Shown here: in pieces, positions 57,326 through 64,000 of the stretch
How the letters are laid out: each line of letters opens with the position of its first letter
Numbering within the stretch: the first letter of the stretch is position 1
Source of the DNA: a virus
DNA length: 64,000 bases
Strand: one strand, 5' to 3'
IMG/VR virus record: IMGVR_UViG_3300034375_010007
Location: 17,490 to 81,489 of that record
Made by a program: the position numbers and the translations under genes
Notes under the pieces: model-generated
What the model saw: only the letters and a program-made list of their open reading frames with translations
Databases searched by the model: none
Told to the model about the DNA's origin: nothing

Positions 57326-59281
57326 ATGGCCAAGAAAGAGAACAACCCAAGGAATCCAGCGTCACCGCTGTTCAAAAGACTAACCAGACTTTTATCTGGA
57401 CCAGTCGTTAACTACCGTACACAAGTTGGTAGACAGGAAAGAAGAGCGGATCTGGATAAATATCGTTATCGTTTTCGTTCTATGTCTGGCCAGGAGTTCA
57501 AGAGACACGATTCTAACATGTCTCAGAACTACAACCTTTACACATCAGCAGCATTCCGTAACCAAAACCGAGCAGAGCGCTACATTGATTTTGAGCAAAT
57601 GGAATACATGCCTGAGATTGCTACCGCTCTAGATATCTATGCTGATGAGATGACGACATCAAACGAATATGATCGTCTTCTAAACATTGATTGTCTCAAC
57701 CACGAAATTAAAACTATCCTTGAGTCCTTATTCTACGACGTTCTAAACATTGAGTTCAACTGCTTTGGTTGGGCGCGCTCTATGTGCAAGTATGGCGATT
57801 TCTTCCTTTATATGGACATTGACGAGAAGCTAGGCATTACATCTCTTATTGGTATGCCCAACAACGAAGTAGAGCGCCTTGAAGGTCAGGACCAAACAAA
57901 CCCTAACTACGTTCAATATCAGTGGAACGGCGCCGGTATGACCTTTGAGAACTGGCAGGTTGCGCACTTCCGCATTTTAGGCAACGATCGTTACTCGCCA
58001 TACGGCACATCTGTTTTGGATCCTGCCCGACGTATTTGGCGACAGCTTACACTTCTAGAAGATGCGATGATTGCTTATCGTGTTGTTCGTGCCCCAGAGC
58101 GCCGAGTATTCAAGATTGACGTAGGCAACATTCCGCCACAAGATATTCCACAATATATGGAAAAAGTCAAGTCGGAAATGAAGCGTAACTCTCTTGTGAA
58201 TGCCACAACTGGCCGCGTGGATCTTCGCTACAATCCGCTATCACTTGAAGAAGATTACTTTATTCCGATGCGTGGTGGCGTTGGATCGGAGATTACATCG
58301 CTTCCTGGCGCCAAGTCTTTGGACGATATTGAAGACGTTAAGTATCTTCGTGATAAGTTATTCGCAGCGATCAAGATCCCACAGTCTTATCTAACCAACC
58401 TTGAAGGCGGGACAGAAGATAAGACTACCTTAGCTCAGAAGGATATCCGTTTCGCAAGAACTATTCATAGACTTCAAAGATCGTTGGTTTCCGAGTTGGA
58501 GAAGATGGCGATAGTGCATCTTTACACACTAGGCTTTAGAGGTCAAGACCTTTTAGGATTTAAGATTACTTTGAACAACCCCTCACGCCTTGCCGAACTA
58601 CAGCAGCTTGAATACATGAAGACAAAGTTCGAGACTGCTACATCAGTTCCAGAAGGTACATTCTCAAAGCGTTGGGTTGCAGCCAACATTCTTGGAATGT
58701 CCGATTCCGAGTTCCTTCGCAACCAGCGCGAAACTTTCTATGACCGTAAATATCAGCAGGCTCTTGAGTCGGTTGTTGACGAAGGCGCTGAGCTTGGTGG
58801 CGAAGAAGGCGGTGGTCTCGGAGGAGATCTCGGTGGCGACTTGGGTGGCGACCTTGGGGGTGACCTAGGCGGTGACTTGGATCTCGGTGGTGAAGAAGGC
58901 GTAGGAGCGCCGGAAGGCGGCGAGGATGACGTTTTATTGGCGACTCCTGGGCGTAGAGAGGACAACCCAACAAAGCATCAAGGTGCGCCTTATAAGCGTG
59001 TCGATGTAGATAAAAGAAAAGGATCTTCAGCAAGATATTCGCAAGGTCCGATGAAGCGCGAAATCAAGCGAATGGTTCGCGGTCCAGAGATGGGAACAAC
59101 CTCCAGAACTGTACATCCCGGCAAGGTAGGAGTTCCTGATATGAGAGCACTAGTTGGTCTAGAAGAGAATCTCAAGCCTACTTATACTAGGGACGAGCAC
59201 ACACTTTTCGAGAACACCAATAAAGTTCGTATGTTAGTAGAACAAATGGAGAGCAAAGAGGTAGACAAAAATGAAGCATAA
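57326..59281 (+). CDS. portal protein (gp20-like)
   Basis: EDAM..YR..RAPERRVFKIDVGN, EEDYFIP.RG and DDIEDVKY. Confidence 0.95.
   Translation: MAKKENNPRNPASPLFKRLTRLLSGPVVNYRTQVGRQERRADLDKYRYRFRSMSGQEFKRHDSNMSQNYNLYTSAAFRNQNRAERYIDFEQMEYMPEIATALDIYADEMTTSNEYDRLLNIDCLNHEIKTILESLFYDVLNIEFNCFGWARSMCKYGDFFLYMDIDEKLGITSLIGMPNNEVERLEGQDQTNPNYVQYQWNGAGMTFENWQVAHFRILGNDRYSPYGTSVLDPARRIWRQLTLLEDAMIAYRVVRAPERRVFKIDVGNIPPQDIPQYMEKVKSEMKRNSLVNATTGRVDLRYNPLSLEEDYFIPMRGGVGSEITSLPGAKSLDDIEDVKYLRDKLFAAIKIPQSYLTNLEGGTEDKTTLAQKDIRFARTIHRLQRSLVSELEKMAIVHLYTLGFRGQDLLGFKITLNNPSRLAELQQLEYMKTKFETATSVPEGTFSKRWVAANILGMSDSEFLRNQRETFYDRKYQQALESVVDEGAELGGEEGGGLGGDLGGDLGGDLGGDLGGDLDLGGEEGVGAPEGGEDDVLLATPGRREDNPTKHQGAPYKRVDVDKRKGSSARYSQGPMKREIKRMVRGPEMGTTSRTVHPGKVGVPDMRALVGLEENLKPTYTRDEHTLFENTNKVRMLVEQMESKEVDKNEA
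58820..58879 (+). repeat. 5 x GGDL tetrapeptide repeat in the portal C-terminal tail
   Basis: 12-nt units with different synonymous codons (GGAGGAGATCTC, GGTGGCGACTTG, GGTGGCGACCTT, GGGGGTGACCTA, GGCGGTGACTTG). Confidence 0.85.
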
Positions 59282-60083
59282 TAAAAAAAGAAACACAGCC
59301 TTTATTTATGAAACGCTCACAAGAGAACTAACAAAGGCAATCGTTGATAAGAACAGCGATAGAAAAGAAACTGTTCTTGCGATCATCAAAGAAGGATTTG
59401 GTGGCGACTCAACATTAACAAAAGAACTTTCTCTTTACAAAACTTTGCTTGAGACGAAAAACATCCAACCTAAACTTGCTGAGAGAATGCTTCAAGAAAC
59501 AAAGTTTGCTTATTCAAAGTTGGATTCCTCCGAGGTTTTTGACGCACAGTCTCGAATGATTGCTGCTATCAATAAACAACTAGGACAGGACGTTTGGTCT
59601 AACTTTGTCCCAAACTTTAAGTCTCTTGCTTCCGTAAATGCTATCTTCAACACAAAGACGCCTGTAAAAAGCAAAGTTCTTTTTGAGCAGGCAATCGTAG
59701 ATTCAATGAGCGCTGACCAGCCTCTTACCGAGTCTAACAAAATGGAGTCTTTGGACAATCTAACTTACAACTCTTTTATTAAGAAGTTTAACGAGAAGTA
59801 CACCACTCTTCTTAAGGAACAGAAAGATCTTCTTAACCAATACATTACAAGCTTTGCAGATGACGGGTTCGAACTTCGTATTTACTTGAACGAAGAATTG
59901 GAAAGGCTTAAGAGCTTAATTAGTGACGCGAGTCAAAATACTGTCGAACCTCTCATTTCGCAAAAACTAAACGAAGTGTCCGAGTACCTTGAGGAGTTCC
60001 GCAAGCGCGAGTTTACAGATAACGATCTAAACAAGGTTCTCAAAACACAAGAACTTGTTCAGGAACTAACTCAAAATGATTAA
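59271..60083 (+). CDS. hypothetical head-module protein
   Basis: MKHNKKRNTAFIYE; helical; follows the portal. Confidence 0.75.
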   Translation: MKHNKKRNTAFIYETLTRELTKAIVDKNSDRKETVLAIIKEGFGGDSTLTKELSLYKTLLETKNIQPKLAERMLQETKFAYSKLDSSEVFDAQSRMIAAINKQLGQDVWSNFVPNFKSLASVNAIFNTKTPVKSKVLFEQAIVDSMSADQPLTESNKMESLDNLTYNSFIKKFNEKYTTLLKEQKDLLNQYITSFADDGFELRIYLNEELERLKSLISDASQNTVEPLISQKLNEVSEYLEEFRKREFTDNDLNKVLKTQELVQELTQND

Positions 60084-60582
60084 GATTAAAGTCGGTGGAC
60101 CACAGGCAACCGTCGAGCTTCAAGCGCGCAAAGCCCTTGATGGTTCACTTCTTATTATGGATCACAACAAGATTGACATTGCCGTGATGCCAAAGCAAAT
60201 GAAAGTTGTGACCGTTCCAAAGACTAATACGTCTGAAGATGTCTATGCTTATCAGGACCGGCTACTAGAGCTTCTTGCCGATAAGGGTGTTATTGACCGT
60301 TCTTCCATTCAGGGCGGAAATGTTTTTCGCTCTCTGGAAGGTAAGTTACTTACTAATGATGATATCAATCCTCTGCAGGCTGCTACATTTGTAATCGCAG
60401 AGTTTATTGAGTACGAGGCAGAGCACGAAAGGATTGCCGACGAATACGAGAAGGAGTTGGAGGATATGTATACACGTCCATCCGACCGCGACTCCACCGA
60501 ATACGGCGAGGTTCCACAGTATGCCGAGAAGGGCTCTATGCGTCCTGGCTACTACTATTACCCACTACGCAACAGGTACTAG
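60076..60582 (+). CDS. hypothetical protein
   Basis: Overlaps the upstream stop; SD AGGA. Confidence 0.75.
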   Translation: MIKIKVGGPQATVELQARKALDGSLLIMDHNKIDIAVMPKQMKVVTVPKTNTSEDVYAYQDRLLELLADKGVIDRSSIQGGNVFRSLEGKLLTNDDINPLQAATFVIAEFIEYEAEHERIADEYEKELEDMYTRPSDRDSTEYGEVPQYAEKGSMRPGYYYYPLRNRY

Positions 60583-60585
60583 ATT

Positions 60586-61080
60586 ATGTCTGATATGAAA
60601 CTCATAATGGAAAACTGGCGACAGTTTAGCGAACAGGAAGGCGACCCGCAACAAGCCGAGCCAAAAGTTCAGACTGTTGGTCAGCTTCGCACATTGTTTA
60701 AAAATATGAAACTTAAAAAGGCTGGTGGTGCTGCAGCAAAGCGGCTTGCTAAATTTGGTCTTAGTTTCCTGGGGCCTGTTGGTGCGGTCCTTGATACAGC
60801 TTGGGACGCTGCTGACGATGGCTCTGAGATGGTTGGTGCCGTAAAGGCACTTTACGGAATGGATGATAAATACAAATCCAACACCGGACTCGATGCACTC
60901 AATGTTGATGACAACGTATCCAAAATTGTGGATGATCCTATCGAGGTAGCTTTCCTAAAATATTTTATCAAAAAGCTATCAGCTGCTGACGATTACACGC
61001 TTCTTTCGGACTATGATATGGAAAAGGAATTACAAGATTTTCTGGCTGCACGGTTCGATGGACATTCAGTAAAGAAATAG
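60586..61080 (+). CDS. hypothetical protein with MKLIMENWRQFSE leader (possible internal head protein)
   Basis: Leader similar to that of 49868..50185. Confidence 0.7.
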   Translation: MSDMKLIMENWRQFSEQEGDPQQAEPKVQTVGQLRTLFKNMKLKKAGGAAAKRLAKFGLSFLGPVGAVLDTAWDAADDGSEMVGAVKALYGMDDKYKSNTGLDALNVDDNVSKIVDDPIEVAFLKYFIKKLSAADDYTLLSDYDMEKELQDFLAARFDGHSVKK

Positions 61081-61091
61081 CAGAGGCTTAC

Positions 61092-61409
61092 TTGGAACTA
61101 CTACATTTTATTCTTGCCGCTTATGGCATGACCTTCATTATTGTTCACGGACACATCTTCAATAAAATACGACCACCCTGCGCAGCTTGGGGTGGCTTCG
61201 GACGTTTATTTCACTGTTGTTTGTGTATGGGATTTTGGGTTGGAGTGTTTCTCTGGGGCATAAGTCCATATACAGAACTATTTAATTTTGATCGTACACT
61301 TGCAGATGCTTTTATTTGTGGGTGTATTAGCGCTGGAACATCATACATTTTAAGTATGATAGTAAATGATTACGGGATCAACTTGGTCCACAAAGGAGGT
61401 GAATCATGA
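61092..61409 (+). CDS. small Cys-containing membrane protein (DUF1360-like)
   Basis: TTG start with SD GAGG; TM helices; LFHCCLCMGFWVG. Confidence 0.7.
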   Translation: MELLHFILAAYGMTFIIVHGHIFNKIRPPCAAWGGFGRLFHCCLCMGFWVGVFLWGISPYTELFNFDRTLADAFICGCISAGTSYILSMIVNDYGINLVHKGGES

Positions 61410-61456
61410 AAAAGTGGCAAATCCAGCCTGTACGCCGCTGCTGCTCCGGTAGCTGA
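61406..61456 (+). CDS. 16-aa leader peptide MKKWQIQPVRRCCSGS, in frame with the prohead protease
   Basis: Near-perfect SD AAAGGAGGT, ATGA overlap with the upstream stop, ends in TGA followed by a hairpin. Confidence 0.55.
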   Translation: MKKWQIQPVRRCCSGS

Positions 61457-61495
61457 ATTTATGTGGGGGTGAAAGCCCCCACGTTAAATCTTTTT
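61457..61495 (+). promoter_or_regulatory. stable GNRA-capped hairpin with T-tract directly after the UGA
   Basis: ATTTATGTGGGGGT-GAAA-GCCCCCACGTTAAAT forms 14 bp with one bulge, then CTTTTT. Confidence 0.75.
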
Positions 61496-61507
61496 GAGAG
61501 GACGACG

Positions 61508-62107
61508 ATGGCTAAACTACTACGAGAATTTTATGAACTATGCGAAGGTGGCGTCTGCCAAGACCTTCTGACCGAATCTGAAAAGCAGTTTGTTCGCGAT
61601 GGCGGTATGATGCTAACAGGCAAACTACAAGAAGCTGAGGTCCAGAACGGAAACGGACGCGTATATCCTCGCCGTGTATTGGAAAGAGAAGTTAAGCGAT
61701 ACGCAAAGGTCGTTGAGGACCGTCGCGCTCTTGGCGAGTTGGATCATCCGGATTCTTCTATTATTAATTTAGCCAACGTGTCCCATATGATTACAGAGGT
61801 TTGGATGGATGGTGCCTCTGTGATGGGCAAATGCAAAGTTCTTGACACCCCATCCGGTCAGATTCTACGTGCCTTGGTAGACTCCGGAGTAAAGATTGGA
61901 ATCTCTTCCCGTGGTATGGGATCTGTAAGAGAGCAAAGAGGACAGACAATCGTAGAAGACGATTTCCAGTTGATTTGCTTTGACATTGTGTCCGAGCCTT
62001 CGACTCCAAATGCTTTCATGGCTTTGTCTGAAGGTAAACTAATGAATGAAGAAGTTCAAAAAAATAACAAGATTATAAATCTTATGAATGACATTATTGG
62101 AGATTAA
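61508..62107 (+). CDS. prohead maturation protease (gp21-like)
   Basis: NGNGRVYP, ALGELDHP, VSH, GISSRGMGS and FDIVSEPSTPNA; SD GAGAGGA. Confidence 0.95.
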   Translation: MAKLLREFYELCEGGVCQDLLTESEKQFVRDGGMMLTGKLQEAEVQNGNGRVYPRRVLEREVKRYAKVVEDRRALGELDHPDSSIINLANVSHMITEVWMDGASVMGKCKVLDTPSGQILRALVDSGVKIGISSRGMGSVREQRGQTIVEDDFQLICFDIVSEPSTPNAFMALSEGKLMNEEVQKNNKIINLMNDIIGD

Positions 62108-62109
62108 AG

Positions 62110-62505
62110 ATGGAAATTTCAAAAGAAGAATTAGAAAAGATTATTAAAGAAGAAATTGACGTTGCTGTAGAGGAGGGTCTGTTCGATAGACTGTCAGCTA
62201 GAGCGAGAGGAACCGCAGCCAGTCTTGGTCAAAACATTAAAGCTACTCGCAAGCAGCTTGGTGGTAAATTAGCTGGTGGTAAAGACGAAGAACGTGGTAA
62301 ACAGCAGGCTAAATCAATGCGTGGGCAGGCTGCTGCAATGAAAAAAGCTAAGCAAACCGAGATCATTGTTGGCAACCATCTTAAAAGGCTGCAGAAAGAT
62401 TTAGATAAATTGGGACTTGGAGACCAGCAATCAGTAAGGTCTGCGCTAGGACAACTAGAAGCAGCCGTGAAGCAAGCTGCAGCAGGTAGAACTAGCGAGG
62501 AATAG
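62110..62505 (+). CDS. hypothetical protein with ISKEELEKIIKEEI leader (possible internal head protein)
   Basis: SD GGAG; EEGLFDRL resembles a processing-site context. Confidence 0.7.
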   Translation: MEISKEELEKIIKEEIDVAVEEGLFDRLSARARGTAASLGQNIKATRKQLGGKLAGGKDEERGKQQAKSMRGQAAAMKKAKQTEIIVGNHLKRLQKDLDKLGLGDQQSVRSALGQLEAAVKQAAAGRTSEE

Positions 62506-62955
62506 ATGAAAAAGTCGGAGTTCAAAAAGCTAATCAAGCCCATTGTTCAAGAGTGCATCAAAGAGTCGCTTCTTGAAAATGGTTTAATTTCCGGCATTAT
62601 TGCCGAGGTTGTTAAGGGAATGTCTTCACAAACTATTGTCGAAGCAAAGGCACCACAACCAAAAGTAGATCCTGTTATGGAAAGAATGAAAGCAAACGCT
62701 TTCAACAAAGAACAATCCGGCAAACTAAAAGAACATAAGAAAAAGCTTATGGCTGCTATTGGCGGTTCGGCTTACAACGGCGTTGATTTGTTTGAAGGAA
62801 CAACACCAGCCCCAGCGCAGGCAGCCCCAACCTCACAGGCATCTCCAATGTCCGGGCAAAGCCCAAGCGATCCAGGCGTAGATATCTCTAGTCTCTTTGG
62901 AGCAGTAGGTAGAAACTGGAACGCTCATATGAACGAAATGAAAGAAAGAGAGTAA
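62506..62955 (+). CDS. hypothetical head-module protein
   Basis: MKKSEFKKLIKPIVQECIKESLLE; C-terminal PSDPGVDIS. Confidence 0.75.
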   Translation: MKKSEFKKLIKPIVQECIKESLLENGLISGIIAEVVKGMSSQTIVEAKAPQPKVDPVMERMKANAFNKEQSGKLKEHKKKLMAAIGGSAYNGVDLFEGTTPAPAQAAPTSQASPMSGQSPSDPGVDISSLFGAVGRNWNAHMNEMKERE

Positions 62956-62959
62956 CAAA

Positions 62960-63181
62960 ATGGCTGTTAACCTTAAGGTAGTCAAGAGACACGGCGAGTC
63001 AGATGAGAAACTAATTCGTCGTTTTAACCGCAAGTGTAAAAAACAAAAGATTGTCCAAGAGTATAGAGAAAAAACTGATTACTATATCAAGCCGTCTATC
63101 ACAAAAAGATTGAAAAAACAGAAAGCAATTCGCGAACAGCAGAAGCAAATGCGAAAAGAACAAGAGAAATTGTTTAGGTAA
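62960..63181 (+). CDS. rpsU: phage-encoded ribosomal protein bS21 homolog
   Basis: V..RHGES.EKLIRRF.RK.K...I..E.R....Y.KPS..KR.K matches the bS21 pattern; 73 aa, basic. Confidence 0.85.
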   Translation: MAVNLKVVKRHGESDEKLIRRFNRKCKKQKIVQEYREKTDYYIKPSITKRLKKQKAIREQQKQMRKEQEKLFR

Positions 63182-63195
63182 TCTTAATTTAATTT

Positions 63196-63203
63196 ACTAT
63201 TTA
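63196..63203 (+). promoter_or_regulatory. putative late-promoter motif ACTATTTA
   Basis: Intergenic, 17 nt before ATG 63221, SD GGAG between them. Confidence 0.6.
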
Positions 63204-63220
63204 ATAACGGAGAATCATAA

Positions 63221-63619
63221 ATGACAACTTACAATTACAAACCAGGGCTAGGAAACGTTGGATCTTACCAAGCATCCGGCATTCCTTATGTTACATGCTC
63301 TTTAACAGTTCCGGCCAACAATGCTGCTGGAGGGGCTCTTAATGTTCAATTTCCGTCTGTAACAAGAGAGTTCACCGTTCGTAATGACGGTAGTCAGGAT
63401 ATTAGAGTTGGATTTTCTGCAGCCGGTGTTTCGGGTTCTGCCACAAACTTTTTTAGTCTTGCTGCTACTGGGTCTTTCTCTGCTCCCATGAAAGTAACTG
63501 ATTTATTTTTGATTTCTTCTGATACCTCGGCAGGCGAAGCAACTGTTATTGGCGTTCTTACAGGGATCGATAGACATCAAATAAATAATAACTGGTCAGG
63601 ATCTGCGGGCGTAGGCTAA
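63221..63619 (+). CDS. putative virion structural protein
   Basis: GLGNVGSYQASGIP, FPSVTR; beta-rich, small-residue composition. Confidence 0.7.
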   Translation: MTTYNYKPGLGNVGSYQASGIPYVTCSLTVPANNAAGGALNVQFPSVTREFTVRNDGSQDIRVGFSAAGVSGSATNFFSLAATGSFSAPMKVTDLFLISSDTSAGEATVIGVLTGIDRHQINNNWSGSAGVG

Positions 63620-64000
63620 TGGGCAAGTTTGCCTTTGATCCAGATCTTGCTAGTGAAGCTGTTTCTTCTTTCGCAGCCAATGGATTTAGCTCAGACTTTT
63701 CAAAACCTTCCGATGATAGCGGTGGTGGTGGCGCCGATGCGTTTCTGACCGCCGTGCAGGCCATCTCCGGCCTGCTGTACATCTACCAGCCGCCGGATTC
63801 GGTGGGTTCGCTGTCGTCGGGCGACGACTCGATGGTGGACCGCCAGGAGACGGGGACGACGGGCACTGTCGGCACGTCGGCGGCTGATGCGTCGATCGTC
63901 AACTCGGGGTTCTCGACGGACTCGCTGTCGCGCGCACTCGTCCGCGACGCTGGCGCAGCTGCGAACGGCACGAACCCGGCACCGGCCGTCGGTGTTTCGG
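63619..64000 (+). CDS. partial ORF running off the window end; chimeric, with a GC-rich distal domain
   Basis: ATG overlaps the upstream TAA; MGKFAFDPDLASE...SGGGGADAFLTAVQAISGLLYIYQPP... stays open to 64000. Confidence 0.7.
   Translation, partial: MGKFAFDPDLASEAVSSFAANGFSSDFSKPSDDSGGGGADAFLTAVQAISGLLYIYQPPDSVGSLSSGDDSMVDRQETGTTGTVGTSAADASIVNSGFSTDSLSRALVRDAGAAANGTNPAPAVGVS

Noticed and set aside
58820-58879. Tandem 12-nt repeats as CRISPR or VNTR
   Set aside because: No spacers; the units are synonymous variants of a coding GGDL repeat
1650-63971. Minus-strand ORFs in the track (e.g. 36227..36862, 9339..9758)
   Set aside because: All are antisense shadows of well-supported plus-strand genes and carry no recognisable motifs
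1-64000. Genome-wide stop-codon reassignment
   Set aside because: TAA, TAG and TGA all end well-defined genes, and long ORFs are intact in code 11

Overview
This 64-kb window comes from a large AT-rich, T4-like (myovirus-type) bacteriophage genome. All supported genes lie on the + strand and use the standard code. From left to right it holds: the 3' part of a phage tmRNA (tag ANDANYGLALAA); a SpoU/TrmH methyltransferase; five tRNAs; PIN-PhoH and Cas4-like nuclease genes; a glycosylation cluster (3 GT4 glycosyltransferases, gmd, FkbM, DUF115/Maf-like, NeuA-like, RraA-like, NeuB-like, His-phosphatase); a gp55-like late sigma factor; a ~31-kb baseplate/tail block; RuvC-like resolvase and primase; an Mre11/SbcD-Rad50/SbcC locus; a probable lysis cassette; and a head module (terminase, portal, prohead protease, bS21). 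The most notable signals are: (1) an intein-less fractured Mre11 nuclease, split by a decayed HNH endonuclease, with complementary acidic and basic peptide ends that may form a split clasp domain; (2) a 16-codon Cys-Cys leader ORF ending in UGA plus a hairpin, in frame with the prohead protease; (3) a recurring ACTA(T/C/A)TTA late-promoter candidate whose core is the reverse complement of the T4 late promoter core; (4) an unusual ulosonic-acid pathway; (5) a duplicated sigma-gene 3' end that looks like a mobile-element scar; (6) an abrupt in-frame switch to high GC in the last gene. All family calls are by-eye motif recognition; no database searches were run.
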